A DNA stretch of 64,000 nucleotides. It comes from Candidatus Cloacimonadales bacterium. Lineage in GTDB: Bacteria; Cloacimonadota; Cloacimonadia; Cloacimonadales; JAFGVF01. The stretch spans positions 2,784,001 through 2,848,000 of the forward strand of contig OY759729.1 in NCBI GenBank assembly GCA_963662585.1, read 5' to 3'. Position 1 is the first letter of the stretch, and each line of letters starts with the position of its first letter. The translations under genes and the position numbers were made by a program. The notes beneath the pieces were generated by a model that saw nothing but the letters and a program-made list of their open reading frames with translations, ran no database searches and was not told the origin of the DNA. Shown here piece by piece: positions 21,477 through 32,331 of the stretch.

Positions 21477-21863
21477 ATGACAGAGAAACAGGCTAAGTAT
21501 GCTAAACAATTAAGAAGTCAGATAGTTATTTATGCTAAAAGAGACTTGGGTATGGAGGTTGAAGAATTGCATGATATAATGGCTAATATAGGATATGGGA
21601 ATTCATTACGCAAGCTTAGCCTTTCCTCTTTGATAAACTTAAAGAAATTATTGCAGGGAGAAGAGCTTACTCATGACTATATCAAGTTTGATCAGCAAGA
21701 TAAAATGATCTATGCTAAGTGCCTTAGATTAGGTATTAAGATGGTTAACTTGAATAATTTTATTAGCCATAAATGGGGTAAGTCAAACCTTAAATACATG
21801 ACTTCCAAAGAGAAGGGAGGCTTGATTAAGGTGCTTGAACATTATGAGAAGGAAAGGCTGTAG
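21477..21863 (+). CDS. GemA/DUF1018-like regulator
   Basis: AGGAG RBS; helical pattern and position typical of Mu gemA-like genes. Confidence 0.5.
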   Translation: MTEKQAKYAKQLRSQIVIYAKRDLGMEVEELHDIMANIGYGNSLRKLSLSSLINLKKLLQGEELTHDYIKFDQQDKMIYAKCLRLGIKMVNLNNFISHKWGKSNLKYMTSKEKGGLIKVLEHYEKERL

Positions 21864-21971
21864 GGAGTGAAAAAAAACCTTAACACAGAGTTACACAGAG
21901 GTGAAGAGGAGTTTCACAGAGTTTTTTAAGAAGATGCCTGCAGGGATGCAGGCGTTCCCAGTGGAGGTTAA

Positions 21972-22427
21972 ATGAATAGTAGGGATTACAGGGAGAAAAG
22001 AGAGTTAGCTAAGCAGTTGTATCTTAAGGGTGAAACTGAGGTTGTTAAGCTTGCTAAAACATTTAGTGTTAGTGAGAATACTATCAGGAACTGGATTAAG
22101 AAGTATGACTGGAAAAGCGAATTAGATGAGATTACAAGTTTAGAAGATAATATTAAACTAGCTATTAAAAAAGCATTAATCAAGGCTTTAAATGAGTATT
22201 CTAGGTCTCCACAAGATACTGCTCTGCAGTCTTTAGTTTCATTACTAAGGCAGTATAAGAAGGAGTTTGAACCTAACAGAGATTTTGTAGAATACCTGAA
22301 GAAGTTCTTAGATTGGTTAGTAGATTTCTTTTTGATTAAAGATGAGAATATTGCTAAAGCTATTCAGAGTGAGATTTTAGGTGATGGTGGGATAATTGAG
22401 TATTTTAGGGAGAGGGCAAGCTCTTGA
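21972..22427 (+). CDS. Terminase small subunit-like (DUF1804/HTH)
   Basis: AKQLYLKG..VSENTIRNWIKKYDW; directly upstream of terL. Confidence 0.7.
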   Translation: MNSRDYREKRELAKQLYLKGETEVVKLAKTFSVSENTIRNWIKKYDWKSELDEITSLEDNIKLAIKKALIKALNEYSRSPQDTALQSLVSLLRQYKKEFEPNRDFVEYLKKFLDWLVDFFLIKDENIAKAIQSEILGDGGIIEYFRERASS

Positions 22428-22550
22428 GAATTGAGAATTGAGAATTGAGATAAAAACCACCCCGTCAGTGAAATACACTGCCACCCCTCCACAGAGAGGA
22501 ATTGTAAGATGCCTGCAGGGATGCAGGCGTTCCCAGTATAAGGAGATTAG

Positions 22551-24104
22551 ATGATTAAGATAACACAAAAAGATAATAAGAAGTTTGTAGAGATTGCTGA
22601 GAAAAGGGCTACTATAAGACCCTTCAGGGATAACAGTGAAAGAGATATTCGTAAGAGAATTGCTAAGATCAAAGGAGAAGGTTGGAAGGCTTTTTCTTAT
22701 TTTTGTTATGAGTACTTCCCTCATATCTTCCAATTAGCATTCTCTCAAGGGCATAAGGAAGCTTTTGATTATGTAGAAAAATATGATGGAATTAATGCTG
22801 TTTCAGGTTATAGAGGTATGGGTAAAACTGTTGAATTAGGTATTGTTTACCCTATATGGAAGCTGATTAAAGGTGAAAGCTATGTAATACATGTAGCTTC
22901 TGATGAAGAGCTTGCTACTGAAAGAACAGCTTTCACCTATAATGAGCTGTCTCAAAATACCAGGCTGATGAATGACTTCCCTGAACTCATGCCAATTGAT
23001 AGTGATGAGAGTGATTTCTTTCTTAAAAATAAAGCAAGAATAAGAGCTAGAGGTATTAAGCAATCTATCAGAGGTACTATAAACCCTAGAACTGCTAAAA
23101 GACCAGGCATTATTATCTCTGATGATATTGATAAAGAAGATAATATTGGAAATCAGACTATTGGCAGAAGAAAGATGTCTAAGATCATCAAAGAATGTGG
23201 TGGTGCTTTAGATCCTTCAGGTGGTAAGGTGATCTGGCTTGGTAACCTGGTGCATCCTAATTATGCAATCTGTCAGTTTGAAGAGCTGATCAAAGATGAA
23301 ATTAAAGCTTCAGATGATTACCAGGAAACAGACTTCGATGTTTATAATATTCAGCATCTCTTTGGTGATGATAAGTTTTTGCTTAGATTCCCTGTTGAAG
23401 ATAAAGATGGAAATTCTGTCTGGGAAGACCAATATCCTACAAGTAGCTTGCCAAATCTTAAAAAGAAGTTTGGATTAACTGGCTATCTTCAGGAGTTTAT
23501 TGGTAAATCAGTGATTGAAGGAAATATGTTTAAATACCACTGGTTTAAGAAATGGAAGGTGTTACCTAAAAAGTTTAGAAGAGTCTGGTTGTATGCGGAC
23601 CCTGCTTGGGGCAAAAAGGGCTGTTTTAAGGCGATAATCTCCATAGGCTATGATGGATACCACTTTTATGTTATTCACTGCTGGATAAGGCAAACTGAGA
23701 ACTCAAAGTTCTTTAAATACTATTATGATGCCTTCAATGAGCTAAATAGGAAGTATGGAGCTAAATTTAGAGCTTCCATGGAAACTGTCTTTGGTCAAGA
23801 TAGAATAATAGCTGATATGGATAAATGGCTAAAAGAAAATAACTACCCTACAATTGGTTATAGAATAAAGAAAATCAATACCCAAGAGAATAAGAACCTG
23901 CGTATTGAAAGATCTGATACTACTATTGAAACAGGTAAAATCTTATTCCCTGATGGTCAAGATACTCCTACGCTGATTAGCCAGTATTGTACTTATCCAG
24001 ATGGCTATGTGGATGGACCTGATGCTACTGTTGGTTGCTTGGAGAGGTTTGGAGAGTATGATTTGGGAAGAGGTAGGGTTAGGGTGAGGAGTTTTAGGAA
24101 TTAA
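22551..24104 (+). CDS. terL: Terminase large subunit
   Basis: YRGMGKT, RPGIIISDDID, WLGN; nuclease YADPAWG, DGPDA. Confidence 0.88.
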   Translation: MIKITQKDNKKFVEIAEKRATIRPFRDNSERDIRKRIAKIKGEGWKAFSYFCYEYFPHIFQLAFSQGHKEAFDYVEKYDGINAVSGYRGMGKTVELGIVYPIWKLIKGESYVIHVASDEELATERTAFTYNELSQNTRLMNDFPELMPIDSDESDFFLKNKARIRARGIKQSIRGTINPRTAKRPGIIISDDIDKEDNIGNQTIGRRKMSKIIKECGGALDPSGGKVIWLGNLVHPNYAICQFEELIKDEIKASDDYQETDFDVYNIQHLFGDDKFLLRFPVEDKDGNSVWEDQYPTSSLPNLKKKFGLTGYLQEFIGKSVIEGNMFKYHWFKKWKVLPKKFRRVWLYADPAWGKKGCFKAIISIGYDGYHFYVIHCWIRQTENSKFFKYYYDAFNELNRKYGAKFRASMETVFGQDRIIADMDKWLKENNYPTIGYRIKKINTQENKNLRIERSDTTIETGKILFPDGQDTPTLISQYCTYPDGYVDGPDATVGCLERFGEYDLGRGRVRVRSFRN

Positions 24105-24410
24105 GGCTTTCACCACTAAGGCACAAAGACACTAAGAAGAAGATATTAAGCCACGGATAACACAGAAAAACAGGGATAAGAAAAGACCCTTAACACAGGT
24201 GTCTTCGCTAAAGCTACGCCAACCCAGGGAGTTACACAGGAGTCTTCGCTAAAGCTTCGCCTTCCCACAGGAGGTTAAGAGGAGTTTCACAGAGTTTTTA
24301 AGAGAGGAAGATAGAAACTAAGTTGAAGCTGATTGATAGAGATAAGAAAAAAGATTGACTAAAGATAATGGATATTGATTGTTAGGGAAATAAGGAAAGG
24401 GAAGGTTTTT

Positions 24411-24968
24411 ATGAAAGAATATTTTTTAACAAATTTAATAGAATTTATAAACTTATTTGTTAGTTTAGTTATTACTGGTTTAGGTATATGGGGTAGTTTC
24501 TGGTTAAAAAAACGAGATAAGAAATACAATGAGAATTTAGAAGAGTTTAAGAATAATCTAATGAAAAAAAATAGAATTTTTGAAGATAAATATACTAAAG
24601 ATAAAGAGCTTATCAAACAGATTTATCTTGGGAGAAATTTAATAATAGAATTATACAATTCGTATAAGTTCAATCCAATTGATATTTATCATAACACCGA
24701 AGAAAGGGACAGTCCCCTTATGAACACCATGATACAAGTTATACAAATCGTTGATAGAATAGAGATTGATAGAAATTTTTATGAGCAGACCTTATATGAT
24801 TTAGCAATTATAATTCTTAAAGAATATAAAAATGTAATTGAAAAACTGATTCAAGCTCAAGGATACCCAAACATGATTTATGACAAAGTTGAAATAAATA
24901 CACTACAAGATCTTATAATTTTATTCGATTCTGAATTTAAAAAACATTATAGCTATAATAATCAATAG
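24411..24968 (+). CDS. AT-rich moron with N-terminal transmembrane helix
   Basis: Lower GC than flanks; inserted between terL and muF. Confidence 0.6.
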   Translation: MKEYFLTNLIEFINLFVSLVITGLGIWGSFWLKKRDKKYNENLEEFKNNLMKKNRIFEDKYTKDKELIKQIYLGRNLIIELYNSYKFNPIDIYHNTEERDSPLMNTMIQVIQIVDRIEIDRNFYEQTLYDLAIIILKEYKNVIEKLIQAQGYPNMIYDKVEINTLQDLIILFDSEFKKHYSYNNQ

Positions 24969-24976
24969 GGAATAAC

Positions 24977-25849
24977 ATGAACCACTTTGATAAAATGATG
25001 TATGAGTATTACATGGTATTGAATAATGCCTGGAGGGGGCAGATAAAGGTATCTGCTAAGCAGGCTATTCAGATGCTGAGTGATTTGCCAAAGCATGAGA
25101 GGCTTAAAGATAGTCATATAGACGATATTGTGCAGGTAGTAGCATCTAATATGGGAGAAGAGTTTGCTTCGCTTGTAAGGCAGGAAACAAAGGCTTTTAC
25201 CACTAAATCTATGCGACTAGGTATTAATGATGCTGTTAAAGATGTTAAGTCTAATATTTCAGTAGGGCTGTTTGGGATTAGACAGCAGAAGTTAGAGACT
25301 CAGATCAATAAACAGAACCTCTTCTGGATTGGTAATAAGTTTGGCACTGATATGGAAGCAGGCTTTAAGAAAAGCTTGGTAGAAGCTGTTTCATCAGGCT
25401 ATACTAAAGAGATGCTTGCTAATAAACTTCAGGAGCAATTTCAACACCTGGGTAAGCAATCAACTGTTTATTGGCAAGGTTTAGCTGAACATACTGGGCT
25501 AAGGATTAGAGAGTTTGGAAGATTAGAAGGCTATAAGAAAGCTGGTGCCAGAGGTTATAGATTATTAGTTATCCTGGATGATAGAACTTCAGAGATATGC
25601 CAGGCTTTAGCAGCTGAAGATAGAATCTACCCACTTGATGAAGCTATTGATACTATGGAGAGCTTGCTTAATATTGATACCACTAAATCTGAATTAGCTG
25701 AAGTAAAGGAGCAAACTAAAAAGCTTGCTCCCTGGGTTTCTGAAAAACAAATCAGATATGAAAATGATAAGCCTGTAGGAGTTAATGGGGACCATACTCC
25801 CTTTCCACCGTTTCACTGGAAGTGTAGGACTACTACGAGGGTGGTTTAA
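24977..25849 (+). CDS. MuF/SPP1 gp7-like minor head morphogenesis protein
   Basis: ILDDRTSEIC ... PFPPFHWKCRTT. Confidence 0.85.
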   Translation: MNHFDKMMYEYYMVLNNAWRGQIKVSAKQAIQMLSDLPKHERLKDSHIDDIVQVVASNMGEEFASLVRQETKAFTTKSMRLGINDAVKDVKSNISVGLFGIRQQKLETQINKQNLFWIGNKFGTDMEAGFKKSLVEAVSSGYTKEMLANKLQEQFQHLGKQSTVYWQGLAEHTGLRIREFGRLEGYKKAGARGYRLLVILDDRTSEICQALAAEDRIYPLDEAIDTMESLLNIDTTKSELAEVKEQTKKLAPWVSEKQIRYENDKPVGVNGDHTPFPPFHWKCRTTTRVV

Positions 25850-26907
25850 ATAAACTTAAATCTCATATTTAAATTATAACTATCTATATTTACATCTTTT
25901 ATTAGTTTTATGAATTGCTTATCTAAAGATAATAATAAGTAGTTGTCTGCACAGATTGTATTAAATATAACTAAGTCATTAATATCATTCTTGTTAACTT
26001 TCGTTCCTTTTTTTATGAAGGTTTCTAATCTGAGTTTTAGAAATTTAATAGCTTCTTTTGGCATATGATGCTCTAATCTTATTCTTTCTTCAAATGTATT
26101 TAAAAATTCTTCTTTGACTTGATCATATTCTTTCGATTTGAAAATTTTATTGATATTTTTTTCTTTTTGAATCTTATACCAAAGTCTATTCTCCTTTGTA
26201 TCATTATTTATGTAACTCAATATTATACCTTTTCCATAAAAGTCATTTATAGAATTTTTATCATTAAAAGTATAACTTGCAATATAAAAAGTAATAAACC
26301 AAATACTCAAACATGATGTTAGTAATAGATTAAAATCCTGCTCGAACATTCTATCTGTATTACTATTTTTTTGTCCTATTTGTAGTGTATTTTTAAAAAC
26401 AGTTTCAAATAAACCTAAGTTATCCATTAACATCTTCTCTAAAAGAGTACTATGACTTTCGTGTTGTTTTACAGATTTGTTAGAATCATAAATAATCATG
26501 GATAAAATTTCCATATAACTCATAACTATTGATAAAAGAATTGCAACTGTTAGATCAGATTCTGAAGCATGTTTCGTGTTAATAAACTCGTTAACTTGAG
26601 TTTCATTATAAGACATATTTATCAAGTTGTCGATATCTATTTGCTTCAAGGGAAAGTAATGAGAACTTATAATCTCAATATTATTATCTCTTAGATAACA
26701 TAACTGTCTAGAAATCTCATCCATCGTTGATATATCACTATCACTTTGAACCCTGGATATCATTTCATACAATGACACAGAAGTTATTGATAACTGGTAA
26801 TTTTTTAAAATTGTGTTTTTATCAGAATCTGTAATCATTATATTCTTCTTATATCCATTAAAATGATAGAATATATTCGTATCTATAATAACTTTTGGTT
26901 TATCCAT
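25846..26907 (-). CDS. PIN-like domain moron protein
   Basis: VIIDTNIF, SLYEM, NDINDLVI, LSLDKQF acidic pattern with a large helical insert. Confidence 0.65.
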   Translation of the reverse strand: MDKPKVIIDTNIFYHFNGYKKNIMITDSDKNTILKNYQLSITSVSLYEMISRVQSDSDISTMDEISRQLCYLRDNNIEIISSHYFPLKQIDIDNLINMSYNETQVNEFINTKHASESDLTVAILLSIVMSYMEILSMIIYDSNKSVKQHESHSTLLEKMLMDNLGLFETVFKNTLQIGQKNSNTDRMFEQDFNLLLTSCLSIWFITFYIASYTFNDKNSINDFYGKGIILSYINNDTKENRLWYKIQKEKNINKIFKSKEYDQVKEEFLNTFEERIRLEHHMPKEAIKFLKLRLETFIKKGTKVNKNDINDLVIFNTICADNYLLLSLDKQFIKLIKDVNIDSYNLNMRFKFI

Positions 26908-27023
26908 TTTGAAGTCTCCTTGTAGGGTTTTATAGAATTATAAGTAATAATTCAAAAAAATAATCTCTGGATAGCTTTTTAACTTAGAAAATTCAGTTAG
27001 TAAATGCCTGTAAGCTAACTATT

Positions 27024-27151
27024 AAACTTGCTCAGGGTTTTCTGAAAAACAAATCAGATATGAAAATGAAAAGCCTGTAGGTGTTAATGGGGACCATACA
27101 CCATTTCCACCGTTTCATTGGAAGTATAGGACTACGACGGTGGTGGTGTAA
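27024..27151 (+). repeat. Diverged duplicate of the muF 3' end (25721-25849)
   Basis: About 128-bp direct repeat ending at the stop codon. Confidence 0.9.
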
Positions 27152-27160
27152 TCATTGTTA

Positions 27161-27658
27161 TTAATCTTTTTTAATCTTTAAAAAAGCTTGTTTTAAATGT
27201 TTATACTTGTTTCTCTTATCATCAGAGACAATAGTCAATACATTTTCATCCTGACTGGCTTGTTTGATTAACTCTGAAAAATTAGTCTCAAAACTATCTT
27301 TATCAATTATTCCATCATTGTATTTCTGACACGCATAGTCAAGTCTATTTAAATATGATTCCATGACTTCATTAATCTGACCTTGATAAATCTTCTTTTG
27401 ATCATCAGTTAGCTCTCCCATTTTAACAAAATCAGCTGTAATAGAAGTAAATCTTTCTCTTTGTTTATTGATATCATTAAGAAGATCTTTCTCTAAATTA
27501 GTTCCTCCCATTTTTTTGTTATATCTATCCATGGAATAATTTCTGTAAATATTATATAGAGAAATTAATAAAGCACAACTAGCTAAAATGCAGTTAAAGA
27601 TTTCCATTACTATCTCCTTGTTTAGAGTTATCATTGTTATTGAGAGTTTCAACTTCAT
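27161..27658 (-). CDS. Moron membrane protein of unknown function
   Basis: N-terminal TM helix; YLNRLDYAC..GIIDK. Confidence 0.6.
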   Translation of the reverse strand: MKLKLSITMITLNKEIVMEIFNCILASCALLISLYNIYRNYSMDRYNKKMGGTNLEKDLLNDINKQRERFTSITADFVKMGELTDDQKKIYQGQINEVMESYLNRLDYACQKYNDGIIDKDSFETNFSELIKQASQDENVLTIVSDDKRNKYKHLKQAFLKIKKD

Positions 27659-27947
27659 TTTGTATGATTTCTATTGCTGGTTTTAAGTACTCCATTGTTG
27701 CACTAACTGAGCTTAAAAAGTACTCACTCTCTTGAGCTTCTTTTATAAAAATAGGTTGTTTGATATTCTCTAATACTTTCTGAAGTACTTCAGATTTGAA
27801 TTCTTTTGATAAAGGTTTTGAGTTAGATTTGTAGCTTAACGAATTTAGTTCATCAATAATTCTAATTGTTTCATTTTTTACTTGTTTACCATCAGATATG
27901 CCAATCAATCTGTTTGAATATGATTTAATCAGATCTTGTTTAGTCAT
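27594..27947 (-). CDS. Moron hypothetical protein
   Basis: AAGGAG RBS; overlaps the next gene. Confidence 0.6.
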   Translation of the reverse strand: MTKQDLIKSYSNRLIGISDGKQVKNETIRIIDELNSLSYKSNSKPLSKEFKSEVLQKVLENIKQPIFIKEAQESEYFLSSVSATMEYLKPAIEIIQNEVETLNNNDNSKQGDSNGNL

Positions 27948-28048
27948 TTTAACTCCTTATATATAATTTTTTATTTGTCGTTCATTTTTATATGAATAAA
28001 TATAATATTTTTTAGGATATTATTTACTATCTATCAGTAAGTATACAT

Positions 28049-29989
28049 TTAAGATTTATCCTTGGGTAACAAAGTGGAAAGCCAATCACTCCCTTTGCTT
28101 CTCTCAGGGGCAGTTGGCCCTAATTCCTTTATGAATTGAGATGCCTGAGCTCTTCCCTTAAAAGAATTGATTTTTAAGTTAGATGAATCGGCATAACTTA
28201 TCCTGCTAATATAGGATAAAACTAAAATTTCTTTAGTCCTAGTTAAAGCTACATAAAATAATCTTCTTTGTTCTTGTAAATGCTTCTCTTGATTTGCTTC
28301 TTTGTCTTCTTCGCTAGGTAATATTCCTTGATTACAGGAACAAATGATTACAACTTTACTACTTAATCCCTTTGACTTATGAATAGTCATAATTTTAACA
28401 TACGGTGAAGATTCTGATGGATCAGTTTGATTTGTATACTTTATTATTGAATTGAAAATTTCTGGAATCGAATTAACTTCTTCAGGCTTGATGACTTTTC
28501 TTAAATCAAAAGACCAATCGCTATCATTTGGAAAAAGTCTGTCAAAAACAGCAAATGGTTCCATGACTCTGAGAGTATTTAATTCTTCTAAAAGAATATT
28601 AAAAATCGGTAACAAGTGTTTAGTAACTTGTTTATCAACTAATTCTTCATTTTTTATTTTTAATAAGGCTTGCCATGGGGATAGATTATTTTTAATACAA
28701 AGCTCTTTTAAATGTCTATATTTATTTGATCTATAATTAGCATTTCCAAATCCTAATAGAAATCTAAGAGAAACTCTATCCTCAATGTTTACTAATAAAG
28801 ATAATTTCGCTATACTGACCTGAAATTCTGTATTACTAAAAATATCATTTGTAAAATATCCCTGCGACAAAATATTTCTTTCATGTAATTTGTTACCTAT
28901 CAAAACTCCATTACGTTTTCTAGGAACAAGTATAAGAATATCCTTCGGGTCAATCTCTTTTTGTTGAATTAAGTATTCACAATATATTGATATTCCATCT
29001 GCTTCATCTTCAAAATCAGACCATTGAATTATTGAGACTTCTCCCTCCACATTACTCTGGTCAGATAATAAAACAGGGGTGTTTGGATTTAAACGGTTGT
29101 ATTGAATTAATTTATTAGCCATTTCAACTACAAACTTTGGACATCTTCTACAAGTATTTAATGGAATATCTACTGTATTTTGATGGTTTAATGAAAACTG
29201 AGCAATACCCTCTGGATGAGCAAACTTAAAGCTATAGATTGATTGATCAGAATCTCCTACAATAATCAGATTACTATCTTTCGCTAGACGATCTATCAAT
29301 GATTGTTCAGCTTTATTTAAATCTTGATATTCATCAACTAAAATATAGTAATTTGAATTAAAAGTATTTCCCTCAGGATTATCCCTCAAGTAGTCTATAT
29401 ACAAGGAGATAACTTCACCAATAATCATTGCTTCATGGAATGTAAGCCATTCAGTTATCAATCTATTAAAGACTCTATCTATTTCGTTTTCTGGCCATCC
29501 TGGCACATGATGCTGTAGTGTTGCCCATGATGCTTCAAATTCCTTAAGTTTTTTAAGCGTTTTTGTTATTTTATAATTATATTCTTTAGGAATCAATTCA
29601 ATCAAATCATAGACTAATGGTGCGAATTCAAATTTGTCTTTGATTTTCGAATTTCCTAGTAAGAGACGAGGTTTTCGGTTATTAAACTCAAAAACTGAGT
29701 TTGAAGTAAGCATTTTAAAAGAAAATGAATGTAAAGTTGTAGAATTAATTTGTTCTGCTCCTTCTACTTGAATTTTACTCAATTCGCATTTAAAATCTTG
29801 AGCAGCATTTCTTGTAAATGTTACTGCCAAAATTTTATCAGGTTGAACCCCTTCCTCCAACAATTTTTGAACTCTTTTTCTTAAAGCATAACTTTTACCA
29901 GTACCAGGGCCTGCCATAACCCTAATTAATTTATCTTCAGATGAAGCAATATCTCTTGAAGGACCAATTAAGCCATCATCCCAACTCAT
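28049..29989 (-). CDS. UvrD/Rep-like SF1 helicase (moron)
   Basis: AGPGTGKS, VTFTRNAA, VDEYQD, VGDSDQSIY, MTIHKSKGL, RRLFYVALTR. Confidence 0.9.
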   Translation of the reverse strand: MSWDDGLIGPSRDIASSEDKLIRVMAGPGTGKSYALRKRVQKLLEEGVQPDKILAVTFTRNAAQDFKCELSKIQVEGAEQINSTTLHSFSFKMLTSNSVFEFNNRKPRLLLGNSKIKDKFEFAPLVYDLIELIPKEYNYKITKTLKKLKEFEASWATLQHHVPGWPENEIDRVFNRLITEWLTFHEAMIIGEVISLYIDYLRDNPEGNTFNSNYYILVDEYQDLNKAEQSLIDRLAKDSNLIIVGDSDQSIYSFKFAHPEGIAQFSLNHQNTVDIPLNTCRRCPKFVVEMANKLIQYNRLNPNTPVLLSDQSNVEGEVSIIQWSDFEDEADGISIYCEYLIQQKEIDPKDILILVPRKRNGVLIGNKLHERNILSQGYFTNDIFSNTEFQVSIAKLSLLVNIEDRVSLRFLLGFGNANYRSNKYRHLKELCIKNNLSPWQALLKIKNEELVDKQVTKHLLPIFNILLEELNTLRVMEPFAVFDRLFPNDSDWSFDLRKVIKPEEVNSIPEIFNSIIKYTNQTDPSESSPYVKIMTIHKSKGLSSKVVIICSCNQGILPSEEDKEANQEKHLQEQRRLFYVALTRTKEILVLSYISRISYADSSNLKINSFKGRAQASQFIKELGPTAPERSKGSDWLSTLLPKDKS

Positions 29990-30287
29990 GTTAAACTCCT
30001 TTTAAAATTCTTAAACACTTTACTTACAAGATTATAATCATATTATCAGAGATCTTGTCAAATTAAATTATTTAAATATCAAAAAAAAACTGTCGCACCC
30101 ATTAGCAAGCGTATTTGCCAACAATTTAATCTCTTTTAATATGCGTTATGAGTAAAGATTAATGAAATTAAAAGTTAAAAATTAAGAATGATAAATTGCG
30201 GTATTGCTTCGCAATAATATTGAATACCACCCCGTCTCGGAAATACCGAGGCACCCCTCCACAGAGGGGAACTAAAGAGAGGCTAAA

Positions 30288-30680
30288 ATGAAAGAGATTA
30301 AAAAGAAAGAGTTTGTGAGTGATTGGAGTGTGTATCCAAACTTCCAGGAATGGGAGTTTGCTTGTCCATCATCTGGTAAAGTTTATATGCAAAAGCGATT
30401 TATGGATAAGCTTCAGAGGGCAAGAACAATAGCAGGAGTTAGTTTTCATATTTCAAGTGGTTATCGAGATGAAGCTTATAATGATTCTTTGCCTAACAGT
30501 GTGCCAAATTCAGCTCATATATACGGTTTAGCCTGTGATATATGGTTTGATTCGATGTTAGACAGATTAAGGGCATTTGATGCTTTTAGAGAGGTAGGAA
30601 TCAAGAGAATAGGTATTTCTAAGGGTTTTATGCATGTGGATGTAGATGAGAGTAAGCCTGAAGGGATTTGGGGATACTAG
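30288..30680 (+). CDS. Peptidase M15A endolysin
   Basis: ISSGYR, SAHIYGLACDI, RIGI, FMHVD. Confidence 0.85.
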   Translation: MKEIKKKEFVSDWSVYPNFQEWEFACPSSGKVYMQKRFMDKLQRARTIAGVSFHISSGYRDEAYNDSLPNSVPNSAHIYGLACDIWFDSMLDRLRAFDAFREVGIKRIGISKGFMHVDVDESKPEGIWGY

Positions 30681-30817
30681 GGGAAGTGAAAAGATAAAAA
30701 TGAAAAGTGAAAAATTTAAGACTTTTACACGAATTAGCTCGAATAAAGACGAATTAACACGAATTAAGAGAAGAAAAAAAAGTTTTTTGAATCAGAGTTT
30801 CAGGAGAAATACAAAAC

Positions 30818-31270
30818 ATGATTTTACCAGTAGCTGTTAGTACCGTAATAAAAGTTCTAAATCTACCAAATGATGCTAAGATCACTTCTGTGTTTGATGA
30901 GCATGAAGATAGAGTAATGACACTCCTAGAAAGGTTTTCAGACCCTTTAGCTTGGGAGGACTTATTAAATGAAAGTGTTGATAAAAATCAACAAAACTCA
31001 TATAAGTTTGCCTACTGTTATTTACTCTTAGCGTACACTATTCAATTTCTTAATCTTAAAACTCTTGGAGAAGGTATTATTAAGACTACAGGTTTTGATA
31101 GTAATTCTACTGAGTTATTAACTGGAGCTGAGATTGCTTCCTGGCAGAAGAGATTGGAAATAGATGCTTTAGAGATGATTAAAGAATATTTGAGTGAGAG
31201 TGGTTATGCCAGGTATAGAGAGTTGAAAATGGGAGTTAGAGCAGTGGGAGTTAAGGCATGCATTATATAA
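30818..31270 (+). CDS. Putative head-tail adaptor
   Basis: Size and position only. Confidence 0.4.
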   Translation: MILPVAVSTVIKVLNLPNDAKITSVFDEHEDRVMTLLERFSDPLAWEDLLNESVDKNQQNSYKFAYCYLLLAYTIQFLNLKTLGEGIIKTTGFDSNSTELLTGAEIASWQKRLEIDALEMIKEYLSESGYARYRELKMGVRAVGVKACII

Positions 31271-31398
31271 TTAAAAATGAAAAGTTAAAAGTGAAAAATG
31301 AAAAGACCACCCCGTCAGTGAAATACACTGCCACCCCTCCACAGAGGGGAATAAGAGTGCCAGCAGGATGCTAGCGTTCCCAGTGATAGGAGTTCAGG

Positions 31399-31863
31399 AT
31401 GATAGAAGAGAAGATTAGCAAAGAAGTACTAAGAGCTATTTTAAAGGCATTAGAGCAGAAGTTTAATCTGATTGGTTCTATTGTGGAAGGTGAAGCTAGA
31501 GAGAAGATACTTCAGGATGATATCAAGGATAAAGGTGATTTCTATCAAAATGCAGGCTATGAGGTGGTTATTGGTAATGATGCTATCACCCTCTATGTAG
31601 GTTCTAATGTTCCACATGAACAATATGTTTTAGGTGGTAAGGTGCCTTCCTGGACTCCCATTGCTCCTTTGAAAGGCTGGGTTGAAAGAAAGAAGTTAGC
31701 CTGGGTTGATAAGAAAGGTAAGCCACTCTCAATTACTCAGATGGCATACATGATTCAAGCTAAGATTAAGAGAGAAGGAATTGAAGAAAGAAATGTCTTT
31801 GCTGAGGTTCTGAAGAAGAAAGAGAGTTGGATTTATCAGCAGTTGGATGAGATTATAATATAA
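31399..31863 (+). CDS. HK97 gp10-like neck/tail-completion protein
   Basis: VGSNVPHEQYV..PIAPLKGWV..AYMIQAKIKREG. Confidence 0.6.
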   Translation: MIEEKISKEVLRAILKALEQKFNLIGSIVEGEAREKILQDDIKDKGDFYQNAGYEVVIGNDAITLYVGSNVPHEQYVLGGKVPSWTPIAPLKGWVERKKLAWVDKKGKPLSITQMAYMIQAKIKREGIEERNVFAEVLKKKESWIYQQLDEIII

Positions 31864-31913
31864 TTGAGAATAGAGAATTGAGAGTTGAGAATTCTGGGGA
31901 ATGAGGAGAATAA

Positions 31914-32288
31914 ATGGATTTTAGGAAGTTAAGAGAAGAGGTTGTAGTTACTTTAAATGCCATTGGTATTAGTTTGGCTGATATTCACTTAGATAAGGAT
32001 GCTAATCCTCGTAATTTCCCTTGTGCTATTGTTAGTTTGGCTAGTTCTAAGGGAGATTTAATGACTAGCTTTAGATATGTTAAGCATAAAGCTGTAGTGA
32101 GAGTATTCTTAGTGATTGATGCTAAAAGTGAAGATCCTGATGCTGATATTTATAAGCTTAGTATGTTATTCAGAGATGCTTATTTATCTAAGTTTAGAAG
32201 AGATATTGATGAGATTGATTACTACCCTAGCAGGGCTGATGCAAGTCGAAAAGTGATGATCGCAAAATTTGATATAAAGAGCATATAA
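31914..32288 (+). CDS. Putative tail terminator
   Basis: FPCAIV motif; follows the gp10-like gene. Confidence 0.45.
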   Translation: MDFRKLREEVVVTLNAIGISLADIHLDKDANPRNFPCAIVSLASSKGDLMTSFRYVKHKAVVRVFLVIDAKSEDPDADIYKLSMLFRDAYLSKFRRDIDEIDYYPSRADASRKVMIAKFDIKSI

Positions 32289-32331
32289 GAAAGTTAAAAA
32301 AGAGACAATAACAAAGAGTAGAGGGCATTCT

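Noticed and set aside
25721..27151. DGR template/variable repeat pair at muF
   Set aside because: No reverse transcriptase in the window, and several mismatches are at non-adenine positions
28049..29989. Gabija system
   Set aside because: No adjacent OLD-family ATPase/TOPRIM (GajA) gene
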